Shown in pieces: positions 1 to 9,514 of a stretch of DNA of 32,000 nucleotides. Position numbers and translations under genes: made by a program. The notes beneath the pieces are model-generated. The model was not told where the DNA came from. It saw only the letters and a program-made list of their open reading frames with translations, and ran no database searches. The stretch covers positions 2,181,127-2,213,126 of the forward strand of contig NC_004459.3 of assembly GCF_000039765.1 (NCBI RefSeq). Reading direction: 5' to 3'. The stretch is from Vibrio vulnificus CMCP6. GTDB lineage: Bacteria > Pseudomonadota > Gammaproteobacteria > Enterobacterales > Vibrionaceae. Each line of letters opens with the position of its first letter. Position 1 is the first letter of the stretch.

Positions 1-1989
1 TATCACACGGAAAGTTGGTATTTATCGGTCGTCAATTTGCCAGAAAACAGCGTCGCTTGGTCAAACGTATACACCGACCCTTACACGCAAGTTCAGATGA
101 TCACTGCCTCTCAGCCTTATTTTATTGATGGTGAGTTTGCAGGTGTGGCAACCGTTGATATCTCACTAGAAACGCTTTTCGATTTCGTTAAAGGTCATAC
201 TGAGAAATATCAACTTGGTGTGTCAATTTCTGACCCTGGTGGTAAGTTGTTGCTTGAGCATGCTTTTCATCTCACACGCGATCGCTATATCAGTGAAATT
301 GAAGTGGCCGATATTGGTTGGCGTGTCCGCGTTATCAACTCGCAATTGACCGTGTCTGATGAAGTGTTTGGCCAAGTGATGAGGGTAGAAGCAGGTATTC
401 TTCCTTTCCTTCTGATTTGTGTTTTGGTGGGCTATTACACACTGAATCGATACGTGATTAAGCCCATCATCTCGATTGCGAAGAAAGTGGATGTGTCTAA
501 AACGGGCGGTATTATCGACATTCACTATGACAGTGAAGACGAAATCAAACACCTAATCGAAACCATCAATGAGAAAACCGTCTATTTGGAAGCCGAGAAA
601 GTCAAAGCCCAAGCCTCAACCAACGCTAAAACGGCCTTTTTGGCCACGCTCTCCCATGAAATTCGTACCCCGATGAACGGTGTGCTTGGTACGGCACAGA
701 TCTTACTAAAAACGCCATTAAACGAAGAACAACGTAAGCATCTCAAAACCCTCTATGATTCCGGTGATCACATGATGACGTTGCTCAACGAAATTCTCGA
801 TTACTCGAAAATAGAGCAGGGGCATATGGAGTTTGATAACAATCCTTTCCCATTTGACTCCATCATTGGCAGTGTTAACAGCGTTTACTACACCTTATGT
901 GCCGAGAAAGGCCTGCAGTTTAAAGTGTACACAACGGTACCAACGGGCCGCTGGTATTGCGCAGACAAAGCACGCCTGCGCCAAGTGTTATTCAATCTGC
1001 TCAATAACGCCGTGAAGTTTACCGCAAGAGGCTTGGTGGAAGTGTATTTTGAAGAGCACACAAGGGAGCAAGCCAACTATCTATCAATCAAAGTAAAAGA
1101 CACCGGCATCGGGATCCCTGAGTCGGCGCAAAAACGCATCTTCCGACCTTTTGAGCAGGCTGAATCGTCAACCACTCGCCGTTTTGGTGGTACAGGGCTT
1201 GGCCTCGCCATCGTCAAACAAATTGCTGAACAGATGGGCGGCAGTGTTGCTGTGTCTAGCCAAGTAGGATTAGGAACCTGTTTTACGGTTGAGCTGGCTT
1301 TGGAATGCACCTCACCAGAAACGGAGAGCCCTGAGCCAAGATACAAGCTCAACTATCAGGGGTTACGAGCACTGATTGTTGAAGATAACCGGACCAACGC
1401 CATCATCATCGAAACCTTCTTAAGGAATAAAGGCTTCAGCTGTGAACGTGTGGAGAATGGAGAGCAGGCGATAGCGTGCGTAACACAGCACCCGTTTGAT
1501 CTGATACTGATGGACAACCATATGCCCGTTATGGATGGTATTGAAGCGATTACCGCGATTCGTGCCATGGACTCACCTTGTCGACATACCTTGATTTTTG
1601 GCTGTACCGCCGACGTGTTTAAAGAAACCCGAGAGCGCATGTTAGGGGTAGGGGCGGATCATATTATCGCCAAGCCAATAGTAGAAGCCGAACTGGATGA
1701 TGCTTTATTCCAACACGCGAAACTTTTGTACCAGTTTCGAGCAGAAGATGTGCAAGCACAAGTTGAAGAGCAATCGATAGAATCACTTCTCGTCGGTTTC
1801 TATATCGCGATAGAAAACGGGGAACTTACTCAAGCGCACAACGCGATCAGCCAAATTCGCGGCCAGCACAAAGACGCGATCGAGCCTGCATTGGCACAAT
1901 CACTCGCCAGAATTGAACAGCAACTGAGCGAGAATAAACAACCAGATCAAGAAGAAATCAACCTGCTGACCGTGTTGTTGGCGGATTGA
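1..1989 (+). CDS. Hybrid sensor histidine kinase/response regulator, 5' end outside window
   Basis: Reading frame is open from base 1 (…WYLSVVNLPENSVAW…). It has a HisKA H-box FLATLSHEIRTPMNG, HATPase motifs (LRQVLFNLLNNAVKF, DTGIGIP, FGGTGLGLAI) and a receiver domain LIVEDNRTNA…DLILMDNHMPVMDG. The N-terminal part looks like an extracellular sensor domain followed by a TM segment. Confidence 0.93.
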   Translation, partial: YHTESWYLSVVNLPENSVAWSNVYTDPYTQVQMITASQPYFIDGEFAGVATVDISLETLFDFVKGHTEKYQLGVSISDPGGKLLLEHAFHLTRDRYISEIEVADIGWRVRVINSQLTVSDEVFGQVMRVEAGILPFLLICVLVGYYTLNRYVIKPIISIAKKVDVSKTGGIIDIHYDSEDEIKHLIETINEKTVYLEAEKVKAQASTNAKTAFLATLSHEIRTPMNGVLGTAQILLKTPLNEEQRKHLKTLYDSGDHMMTLLNEILDYSKIEQGHMEFDNNPFPFDSIIGSVNSVYYTLCAEKGLQFKVYTTVPTGRWYCADKARLRQVLFNLLNNAVKFTARGLVEVYFEEHTREQANYLSIKVKDTGIGIPESAQKRIFRPFEQAESSTTRRFGGTGLGLAIVKQIAEQMGGSVAVSSQVGLGTCFTVELALECTSPETESPEPRYKLNYQGLRALIVEDNRTNAIIIETFLRNKGFSCERVENGEQAIACVTQHPFDLILMDNHMPVMDGIEAITAIRAMDSPCRHTLIFGCTADVFKETRERMLGVGADHIIAKPIVEAELDDALFQHAKLLYQFRAEDVQAQVEEQSIESLLVGFYIAIENGELTQAHNAISQIRGQHKDAIEPALAQSLARIEQQLSENKQPDQEEINLLTVLLAD

Positions 1990-2017
1990 GTTATTTAATG
2001 TAGTTTAATTACGAAAT

Positions 2018-2040
2018 AAAGCCGCTGAAAAAGCGGCTTT
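2018..2040 (+). terminator. Rho-independent terminator after the sensor kinase
   Basis: AAAGCCGC-tgaaaaa-GCGGCTTT stem-loop followed by a T-rich stretch, just after the stop codon. Confidence 0.75.
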
Positions 2041-2235
2041 ATTCATTTCTGGCGAATTAAACTACATCTTGCGTTTAAATTGGTTATTAATTTACATCTT
2101 TCAATTAAAAATGGTGCCAAAAACTACAAATTATACTGCTCTAATAGCGCGATGAACTGCATGTGAGTTTGTTTGTTGGTTCATGATGTCGTTATTTTGC
2201 TAATTTTGCAGTTTTTAATTTTATAGAGGAAGAAA

Positions 2236-2685
2236 ATGAAATCTCGTGCGCCATTTTGTATCCGTCATGCGGCAGCTGATACTTTTGCTATGGTGGTTTT
2301 TTGCTTTATCTCAGGGATGATTATCGAGATTCTGATTTCTGGAATGACTTTCCAGCAATCTCTGGCATCAAGAACGTTATCTATTCCGGTTAACATCGCG
2401 ATCGCGTGGCCTTATGGTGTGTTTCGTGATTGGGTTCTTCGCCAAGGTGCGCGTGTATCGACCAGTGGACTGATGAAAAACGTATCCGATTTAGTGGCGT
2501 ATGTGCTTTTTCAATCACCAGTCTACGCCGGTATTTTGCTTGCGGTAGGCGCATCGACAGAGCAGATCATCACGGCAGTGACCAGCAATGCGATTATCTC
2601 TTGCGGTATGGGCGTTCTGTACGGCTACTTCCTAGATATGTGTCGCCGTTGGTTTAAGGTTCCTGGCTACTATCAGCAAGCATAA
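2236..2685 (+). CDS. alaE: L-alanine exporter AlaE family protein
   Basis: 149 aa membrane protein [37 protein letters not shown]…[17 protein letters not shown]; matches the AlaE pattern. AGAGGAAG RBS-like sequence upstream. Confidence 0.85.
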   Translation: MKSRAPFCIRHAAADTFAMVVFCFISGMIIEILISGMTFQQSLASRTLSIPVNIAIAWPYGVFRDWVLRQGARVSTSGLMKNVSDLVAYVLFQSPVYAGILLAVGASTEQIITAVTSNAIISCGMGVLYGYFLDMCRRWFKVPGYYQQA

Positions 2686-2829
2686 TTGCTGGTAGATTGC
2701 TCGATTTAGCCAATTACTAGCCAACTAAACTCCTCATGGCGCTTTTTTTTAAAACTGGGCTTGACCAATCCCAAGATAATCATTAAATTAGCGCCTCGTT
2801 GGCACGAGTTGCCACACAAAATTTGATTC

Positions 2830-2917
2830 GGTGAGTTGTCCGAGTGGCTGAAGGAGCACGCCTGGAAAGTGTGTGTACGGCAACGTACCGAGAGTTCGAA
2901 TCTCTCACTCACCGCCA
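2830..2917 (+). tRNA. tRNA-Ser (anticodon GGA, about 2864-2866), CCA encoded
   Basis: GGTGAGTTGTCCGAGTGGCTGAAGGAGCACGCCTGGAAAGTGTGTGTACGGCAACGTACCGAGAGTTCGAATCTCTCACTCACCGCCA. The acceptor stem GGTGAGT/ACTCACC, variable arm and TTCGAAT loop are intact. Confidence 0.97.
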
Positions 2918-2928
2918 CATTCTTGAAG

Positions 2929-2954
2929 AAAGACGTCCTAGGACGTCTTTTTTT
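2929..2954 (+). terminator. Terminator downstream of tRNA-Ser
   Basis: AAAGACGTCC-TA-GGACGTCTTTTTTT hairpin with T-tract immediately 3' of the tRNA. Confidence 0.9.
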
Positions 2955-3381
2955 ATGCCTGTAAATTTGTTAAATCAATGACTTTAATTCATTGAAAGTC
3001 CAATGAAGTTCGATACAAGTTATCAACGACGAACTAAGTTTAAGAAAATACTCACGTCACGTTTAGGTGCCTTAACCACTCATCAAATCCGTTTGGGAAC
3101 AACCGTTTTCTAGCAGTTTAGAAAGGCTTTGATGTGATCGATAAATATCCCACACTCTATTGCAGGCCGATCTTGCTATCAGGCTATTCTGAGAGCGCTG
3201 CCTTTATCATTTTTCGTCCTAGCCATGAGCACGGATAAATCTTCGCCAGATCAAGGTTATAGAAACTTGATCAACAGCAAATTTACTCCAACATGTGGAC
3301 ATAAATCACGAAAGTTCGATTAAAACACGGAGAATATTGAGTATTATGTAACTCTATGAACATCCATATGAGACATAACTG

Positions 3382-3989
3382 TTGAACTTAGCGAAAGCCC
3401 TTAGCATTCTTTCAAAATCTTCACCTTATGCGGTGAGCACTGAGAGAGAGCAAAATCAAGATCATCTGGCTGATTACAAGCGCTACATCTACATCCAGAC
3501 AGATATAGAAACGGATTTCAAAAAGGCACTCCTATCTGCCAAGCCCAATCAAATCATCTTCCTATGTGGAAGTAGTGGCGATGGTAAATCTGAGATTTTG
3601 ACGCAGTATAGCCAGAAGCACAAAGCGACTCATGATTTCCACTTGGATGCGACTCACAGCTTCAACCCAAGCCAGACGGCTATTCATACTCTCGATCATC
3701 GATTTTCCGAGTTCAAACAAAGCAATAAACCTCTCGTGGTTGGCATCAACGTGGGTATGCTCGGCAACTACACGGAAGAAGGGGCTGGAGAGCATATCGA
3801 TGTTAAGAATGCAGCTCGGAGTTTTCTCGCTCGCAATCGCTCTGAAATTCCAGAGCAGTATGTGTTTTTGGATTTTGAAGACTATCCGAAGTTTACATTT
3901 AGTAACGAGGGTAGTGCATCTGATTTTGCGGAGCAGTTTCTAAAAAACTGACAGCTCAGACGCTTGATAACCCGTTTTATGTGCTTTAA
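3382..3989 (+). pseudogene. Truncated DptF-like ATPase (DNA phosphorothioation-dependent restriction protein DptF), N-terminal fragment
   Basis: ORF 3382-3951 (TTG start) contains LSKSSPYAVSTEREQ…IIFLCGSSGDGKSEILTQYSQK…DFHLDATHSFNPSQTAIHTLD, with a P-loop and DptF-like sequence. It stops at 189 aa. Adding one base at the A6 run (3942-3947) continues the frame as LKKLTAQTLDNPFYVL* to 3989. Confidence 0.65.
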
Positions 3990-4137
3990 GTGCGTTCAAT
4001 CGTATTGTCCTAAAGCATGTTGATTTTGTGGTTTTTGAAAAAATACTGGAGGGATTTTTGGGCCTTGTTGCTCTTATTGATCAAGTAACGTGAAGCTAAA
4101 GATGAGTTGCAGCATCACTAGCCGCAACTCACTGTAC

Positions 4138-4995
4138 TTAAGTGTAATCAAAGTATGCTGTCAATTGATGAGCTTCTGGTTGCGCTCTAAGTAATTTTTC
4201 ATCTTGCGTCGATCCCATACGGCGAAGGAAGTAATGAACTAAAGCTCTTCGGGTTGTTATTTCCAACTTACTATCTTCCATAGCGTAGTCGTCTGCAACA
4301 ACCACTCGCTGTTGCTCAGATAAGTAAGGATTAGGTGTAATCGTTAACTTAACTTGATGGTTCCAACTGTCATCGTGCTCTCGTGTCTTTGATGACTTAT
4401 CCATTAAGTCAGGTTCGTTTCTAAAGCGACTTAATACAAAATCTCGAAACTCATGTTTTTCTTCACAATATGCTCTTACATGCCACCTTATTCCATCATA
4501 GACTAAGCTGTGAGGCGCAATAATTCTACCTCGAACTTCAGGGGTAGAGAGTGACACATAGTCAATGTCTACGCGAAGATTAGCCCTTGCTGCCGCAATT
4601 AATCCTCGAACGATGTTCGGTGATATAGTCCTTTCAGGGACGTTCAATATAGTCGATTGAGCTTCCCCCCAGTTAAAGAACTCAAAGGTTTCTTCTTGGT
4701 TATATTGTTGATGGAGCATCAGCAAGTACTCATGAGCAGTCCCTTGAGTAAACAAAGGCTTAAAGTTGTCTGCTGGCCTGTAGCCTTTAATTGTCCTATC
4801 GAGTATCAATTGACCTTGGTTAGTTAAGCTAATGTACTTGTTGATATCCCTAGAAGCTTGTTGTCTTCCTATGTGAAAAGCATCACATAGATGATTTGTC
4901 GTGAGTCGACCCTCCCAAAGAGCAATGATCTCAATTAGTCGAAATCGTACTTGTTGGTCCCATTTGATATCTGCTTGACTCATGTTCGTGCTCAT
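4138..4995 (-). CDS. WYL-domain transcriptional regulator (winged HTH + WYL + C-terminal domain; BrxR/CapW-like architecture)
   Basis: QVRFRLIEIIALWEGRLTTNHLCDAFHIGRQQASRDINKYI looks like an N-terminal wHTH. This is followed by LRVDIDYVSLSTPEVRGRIIAPHSLVYDGIRWHVRAYCEEKHEFRDFVLSRF, typical of WYL. The track ORF runs to 5046, but starts at 4995 or 4983 leave the palindrome at 5011-5029 outside the gene. Confidence 0.85.
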   Translation of the reverse strand: MSTNMSQADIKWDQQVRFRLIEIIALWEGRLTTNHLCDAFHIGRQQASRDINKYISLTNQGQLILDRTIKGYRPADNFKPLFTQGTAHEYLLMLHQQYNQEETFEFFNWGEAQSTILNVPERTISPNIVRGLIAAARANLRVDIDYVSLSTPEVRGRIIAPHSLVYDGIRWHVRAYCEEKHEFRDFVLSRFRNEPDLMDKSSKTREHDDSWNHQVKLTITPNPYLSEQQRVVVADDYAMEDSKLEITTRRALVHYFLRRMGSTQDEKLLRAQPEAHQLTAYFDYT

Positions 4996-5010
4996 AAATG
5001 TTACATGTTG

Positions 5011-5029
5011 ATGTATACAGTATATACAT
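5011..5029. promoter_or_regulatory. Inverted repeat, candidate operator for the divergent WYL regulator
   Basis: ATGTATA-CAGTA-TATACAT, 7-bp perfect arms and 5-bp spacer, in the divergent intergenic region between the WYL gene and the SMC-like operon. Confidence 0.5.
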
Positions 5030-5201
5030 GTAGCAATAAAGTACATATATTTATTGTGGATATTGGGAGGAGCACTAAAAGTCAGGAATCTTTACTGTGT
5101 GAGAGTCGATGGTATTGAAAGCTGTAACCTGATTTAGTGGCCACAAATTCAAACTGGTTGATTTTCAATTAAGAAAAACAACAAAACTCGAGACAAATAC
5201 G

Positions 5202-8200
5202 ATGATGTATGCCGGATTGACCAAAGTTATTGCTATAAATTCTTATCAGAAAAACAAGATGTTTTCTGAGTATTCTTTTGATGCTCCCACTCAGATCACT
5301 GGCGGTAACGGAGAAGGCAAAACATCACTGTTAAGGCTCATTCCGTTCTTTTATGGAGCGACTGGCACGCAGATCGTCAGAAAATCGAATGTTAATAAGC
5401 CCTTTGCAGAATGGTATTTACCACACAACAATAGTTATATTGTTTTCGAGTACATTACTGCTCGTGGTCAAGTTGCTCATGTCATTTGTTATCGAAACCT
5501 TAGTACTAAAGGTGGAGTTGTTTACCTTTTCGTTAAAGGTCAGTTTGAGCAGTCAATGATCATTAAACAAGATAGCGAAGACAAGCCTTACGCTATCGGC
5601 TGTACAAAGCTGGCTGCGGAGCTGAATGCTAACGGCTTACATTACGAATCACGTATTACTAGCGTCAAAGAGTATCGCGAAATTATCCAAAACATTAATG
5701 CAGGGAATTTGAGCAATCAGTTCCTGAGCTACTCTTTGTGCTCTGGTCGTCATGATGTCCGTCACATTGAAAAAATCACAGCGGCGTTGATTCAAGGTGA
5801 ATTCAATATGGCCGACACAAAGGCGCTTTTCCTGGATATCCTCGAACAAGGGAATAGCACATTAGAGTTTGGTGTAGATGCAAACAGAATTGAACAATGG
5901 TGTGATGATTACAACGGCCTAACTGCGTTCCTAAACAAAAAAGAAGCGTTCATTGACGCTATTGCGAACAATAAGCAGATTGCTTATCTAACCAATCAGC
6001 TAGCAAGTGCCTTAATAACTATTCGTGACGTGTCTGAAAGCCTTGATGGATCTCTTAAGACAACCGAACTGAAGCGCTCAGATTTTCTTGAAAACAGTGA
6101 CAAGCAGATTGGCGAAATTAATCAAGATAAGCTTGATAAAGAGGTTCAAAAGAGTGCTCTTCAACGCTCTATCACAAGTATCAACTCTGAGATCGAAGTA
6201 CATCACAGCAAGCTTATAACATACGAAAACAGTGGTTATCCAGAGCTGTCCGTCAAGCTTAAGCAATTGCCAGAAATGGAAGACAGGGTGGCACAACAAA
6301 GACAAAGTTACGCCAATCTTGAAACTAAGGTAAATGATGCCAAAGCAAAGTATGAGAAAGACAAACAAAGCCTTGTTAGTAAGTTCAACAAAGAAAAGTC
6401 TGACCTAACAGAGCAAAAACTTGATGCCGAAAAAGAGTGCAAGGTTAAAAAAGACAAGATAGACGATGTATATCAGCCACAGTTAAAGGAACTGACCCAA
6501 ACCCATACGAGTTTTATAGCGGATAAATCTCAGGCTCTTATGGAACATAAGGCTGAACTCGCCACTCAAAAACAGCGACTAAAGAACCCAGATATTGATG
6601 AGCTTCTCATTGAGCAGAGAGAGCTGTTGGAGTCTGAGAAGGACAGATTACAAGAACAAGTAGACACGTTAAAACACAAGACAACTGTGAGTGAGAAGGA
6701 AGGAGTCAACTTACAAACTAAACGTGAAAAGTTACTCGAAAGATTAGAGGCCACTCGTCGAAATATGCGCGATGCCGAAGCTAGGTTAAAAGTAGTCAGT
6801 AACCGATTAGACCCAGATTCAGGAACCTTGTTCTCGTTCCTGGAGGCTAATCGACAGGGATGGCAAAGCTCTCCACTTGGTCGTGTTCTTACCGATGAGC
6901 TTTTGATGGACACGACACTCAAGCCTTCTATGACTGAAGATTCAGGTTCAATGTACGATTTATATATCGATACGAGCAACCTAGCCGATTGTAGTGTCAC
7001 CAACAAAGCTGATGTAGAAGAGCAGGCTCAATTGATGGATCTTATCGGTGAGCTTGAAGATGCAGAGGCCGATTTCAACAAGCACATTTCGAAAAATGAT
7101 TCTGCTATTAAGCAGTCAGCGCTTGAGTTGTCACGACTACGCAATGAGCTGCGAAACGCTGAGGGTGACCTAGCACAAACTAAGATTAACCTTAAAAACA
7201 AGAAAATAGAGATTGCCCGTGCAAAAGAGGGCTTAGTCGAAAAAATTAATATAAGCATCAAATCGATTGAGAAAGCTATAGCCCTGATTGAACAGGAAAT
7301 TTCAGTGACGCGTGAACGTTTTGAAGAAGCAAAATTAGAGTTAAACAACGACAGGCTTACTCAAATTAGCAATGTTGAATCATCACTTGATCTCACGATC
7401 GGAGCTATAGACGAACTACTGGAAAAAAGGACTCTGACATTAGGCGAGAACAAACAGCGCATCAAAACGGAGTATGAACAGCGGTTGAGTGATCAAGGTA
7501 TTAGTGGCGAAATCTATCAATGCTACAAAGAAGAAATCGAATTGCTTGATAATGAGATCAAAAACTTAAAAGAGAAGTCTCATAAAATCAAAGAATACGA
7601 GACATGGCTTGCTGTTTATGAAGTGGATGATCCTAAGAGACGTGACGATCGCAATACTAAGGTCAAAGAGCTTGAAACGGTGCATCAAGAGATTAAATCT
7701 TTTGACATTAAACTGAAAGAGTTGAGAGCTAAAGTTCATCGAACCAAAAAAGAGTTTGATGAGAAGCTCTCTATCTTGAGAAACCACAAACAGCGAGCTG
7801 ACAGTGCAATCTCTCGCCTAAGTAACTATGTGATGTTTGAGGGCGAAGAAGGCAGCCAAGAAGCGCTCGATTATAACGGCGATTTAAATTCACTATTGAG
7901 TGATGTAGAGAGCAAACTCCCAGAGTTAGAGAGACTTACTAAGCTACGTAAAAAAGATATACAACAGATGGAAACTATAACTCTCAACCTTGGTGGCGGG
8001 GAGCTGTATCGTTTCTGGAATGAAAGCAGCCGAAACACCATTTCAGAGGATATTGTTGCTAGTGACTCTAAGCGAATAGATATTCTAGAAATCATCATGA
8101 ATGACATTATTCCTCAAGTGACCAGCATAACAATTGAAAGCGCGGTCAACATGGGGCGTATGCTCGTTGACTTCAAGCATCGGTTACTTGGCTTCGACCG

Positions 8201-8864
8201 TGATATTAAAAAACTTGGTCGTAATATCTCTGAACAAGTAAAGCTCAATAACACGTTCTCTGTAGTTGGTTCTATTGACATTAACGTTGAGAGTTCGCTT
8301 TCCAAACTACAAGGTTGGCAAGATATTATTAACTTCTCTGAGATTTACGAAGAGTGGGATAAAACGGGATCTGCTGAGCTACCAACCAAAGAGTTTTTTA
8401 ATGCGTTAAGTACACTGACGTACCACATTAGTGCCGAGAAAGTTAAGAAGCCTACTGAACTGTTTGATATCAAATTTGAAGTCATCGAGAACAACCAGCG
8501 TAAAACGGCCAAAACAGATAAAGATATGCGTGATTTAGCCAGTAATGGCACGAACTTGCTTATTCAATCCATGTTGTATTTAGCGCTACTGACGCAGCAA
8601 CGTGGAGCAAGTCGACTATCAATAACTTACCCAACCGATGAGATTGGTAAGCTGACGGCAGAAAACCAAGCCAAACTGCTCAAAATGATGGGGGCACACA
8701 ACTTCAATGTTATCGCGGCTCAACCCGATGGCAATAATCGTACAGCTAATTTATTCAAGTACCTGTACCACTTAACGCCTTACAAGAACATTTTCAATAA
8801 ACCTAAAGTTAGCAAACTCGCGTTAGCCAAAGCCGCTGAAACTAGCACAGGAGTAGAAGCATGA
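5202..8864 (+). CDS. SMC/condensin-like ATPase (JetC/MksB-like)
   Basis: 1220 aa. N-terminal Walker A QITGGNGEGKTSLLRLIPFFYG, very long coiled-coil segments (Glu/Lys/Leu-rich) around a central non-coiled hinge-like region. C-terminal Walker B-like ITYPTDEIGKLTAENQ. First gene of a four-gene operon with overlapping stops and starts. Confidence 0.8.
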   Translation: MMYAGLTKVIAINSYQKNKMFSEYSFDAPTQITGGNGEGKTSLLRLIPFFYGATGTQIVRKSNVNKPFAEWYLPHNNSYIVFEYITARGQVAHVICYRNLSTKGGVVYLFVKGQFEQSMIIKQDSEDKPYAIGCTKLAAELNANGLHYESRITSVKEYREIIQNINAGNLSNQFLSYSLCSGRHDVRHIEKITAALIQGEFNMADTKALFLDILEQGNSTLEFGVDANRIEQWCDDYNGLTAFLNKKEAFIDAIANNKQIAYLTNQLASALITIRDVSESLDGSLKTTELKRSDFLENSDKQIGEINQDKLDKEVQKSALQRSITSINSEIEVHHSKLITYENSGYPELSVKLKQLPEMEDRVAQQRQSYANLETKVNDAKAKYEKDKQSLVSKFNKEKSDLTEQKLDAEKECKVKKDKIDDVYQPQLKELTQTHTSFIADKSQALMEHKAELATQKQRLKNPDIDELLIEQRELLESEKDRLQEQVDTLKHKTTVSEKEGVNLQTKREKLLERLEATRRNMRDAEARLKVVSNRLDPDSGTLFSFLEANRQGWQSSPLGRVLTDELLMDTTLKPSMTEDSGSMYDLYIDTSNLADCSVTNKADVEEQAQLMDLIGELEDAEADFNKHISKNDSAIKQSALELSRLRNELRNAEGDLAQTKINLKNKKIEIARAKEGLVEKINISIKSIEKAIALIEQEISVTRERFEEAKLELNNDRLTQISNVESSLDLTIGAIDELLEKRTLTLGENKQRIKTEYEQRLSDQGISGEIYQCYKEEIELLDNEIKNLKEKSHKIKEYETWLAVYEVDDPKRRDDRNTKVKELETVHQEIKSFDIKLKELRAKVHRTKKEFDEKLSILRNHKQRADSAISRLSNYVMFEGEEGSQEALDYNGDLNSLLSDVESKLPELERLTKLRKKDIQQMETITLNLGGGELYRFWNESSRNTISEDIVASDSKRIDILEIIMNDIIPQVTSITIESAVNMGRMLVDFKHRLLGFDRDIKKLGRNISEQVKLNNTFSVVGSIDINVESSLSKLQGWQDIINFSEIYEEWDKTGSAELPTKEFFNALSTLTYHISAEKVKKPTELFDIKFEVIENNQRKTAKTDKDMRDLASNGTNLLIQSMLYLALLTQQRGASRLSITYPTDEIGKLTAENQAKLLKMMGAHNFNVIAAQPDGNNRTANLFKYLYHLTPYKNIFNKPKVSKLALAKAAETSTGVEA

Positions 8865-9499
8865 AGCCAGTATCACTAGTTCTAGAATCTCTACTTAGTG
8901 GCCGTTTTATCTGCCCAGCCACTGATCGTGAAGCTTACAAGACACTTAAAGAGGACCGAACACACCGAGAAATCAATCAAGCGTTGACTCTTATGGGCCG
9001 CGAGCTCCAATGTACGAGCAGAACCAGCGCCTATTATGTCACCTATAAAAGTATCGACGATCACAATCGTCGTCAGGTGACTACGTTGATGAGTAATGTA
9101 CACGGTATCATTCGACCTGTAGTTAAATTCGTGTCGACAGTCAGTGAGGCTGCTCAAGTTGAAGCGGTGATGGTTGGTGGTGATGAGTTAAATGTGCCTG
9201 TGCTGAGTGCGCAAATCCAATCGTCTCCTAGCTTGATGGAGAAACTCGATAGTATTTACCGACTCCCAAAAGTGAGTCGGAAAAAAGTGCGTGACAGTGC
9301 AGCGGATAAACTCAATGTGGTTGTCGAATTTCTGGTTAAGGAAGGCGTGGCTCATTTAGTAAACAAAGAGCGCCAACTCTATGTGATGACGGGAAAATTA
9401 GACTTTGTTTACGAGGTGCTCGATTTTATCGATACGCATGAAAAGATCGTTGAGACAGTTAACAAAGCAAACGAGAGTCAAGGGGAGTTCGACTTTTGA
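8861..9499 (+). CDS. Small MukE/MksE/JetB-like (KITE-type) subunit of the condensin-like system
   Basis: 212 aa. Start overlaps the SMC stop (ATGA). Assigned from size and position between the SMC-like and kleisin-like genes: LLSGRFICPATDREAYKTLKED…INQALTLMGRELQCT. Confidence 0.55.
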   Translation: MKPVSLVLESLLSGRFICPATDREAYKTLKEDRTHREINQALTLMGRELQCTSRTSAYYVTYKSIDDHNRRQVTTLMSNVHGIIRPVVKFVSTVSEAAQVEAVMVGGDELNVPVLSAQIQSSPSLMEKLDSIYRLPKVSRKKVRDSAADKLNVVVEFLVKEGVAHLVNKERQLYVMTGKLDFVYEVLDFIDTHEKIVETVNKANESQGEFDF

Positions 9500-9514
9500 T
9501 GAGCCCTCAAAACA

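Noticed and set aside
2706-2918. 70 aa minus-strand ORF across tRNA-Ser
   Set aside because: Overlaps the intact tRNA gene in antisense; spurious.
2955-3381. Possible integrase remnant next to tRNA-Ser
   Set aside because: Parts of the frames I translated showed frequent stops and no tyrosine-recombinase motifs; not supportable.
4104-4130. GAGTTGC…GCAACTC hairpin downstream of the WYL gene as terminator
   Set aside because: 7-bp arms with a 13-nt loop and no good T-tract on either side; too weak to call.
5649-8551. Minus-strand ORFs antisense to the SMC-like gene (5649-5849, 6078-6368, 6566-7006, 7028-7348 and others)
   Set aside because: They are the complement of a long coiled-coil coding sequence, have no RBS, and the low-complexity opposite strand easily stays open.
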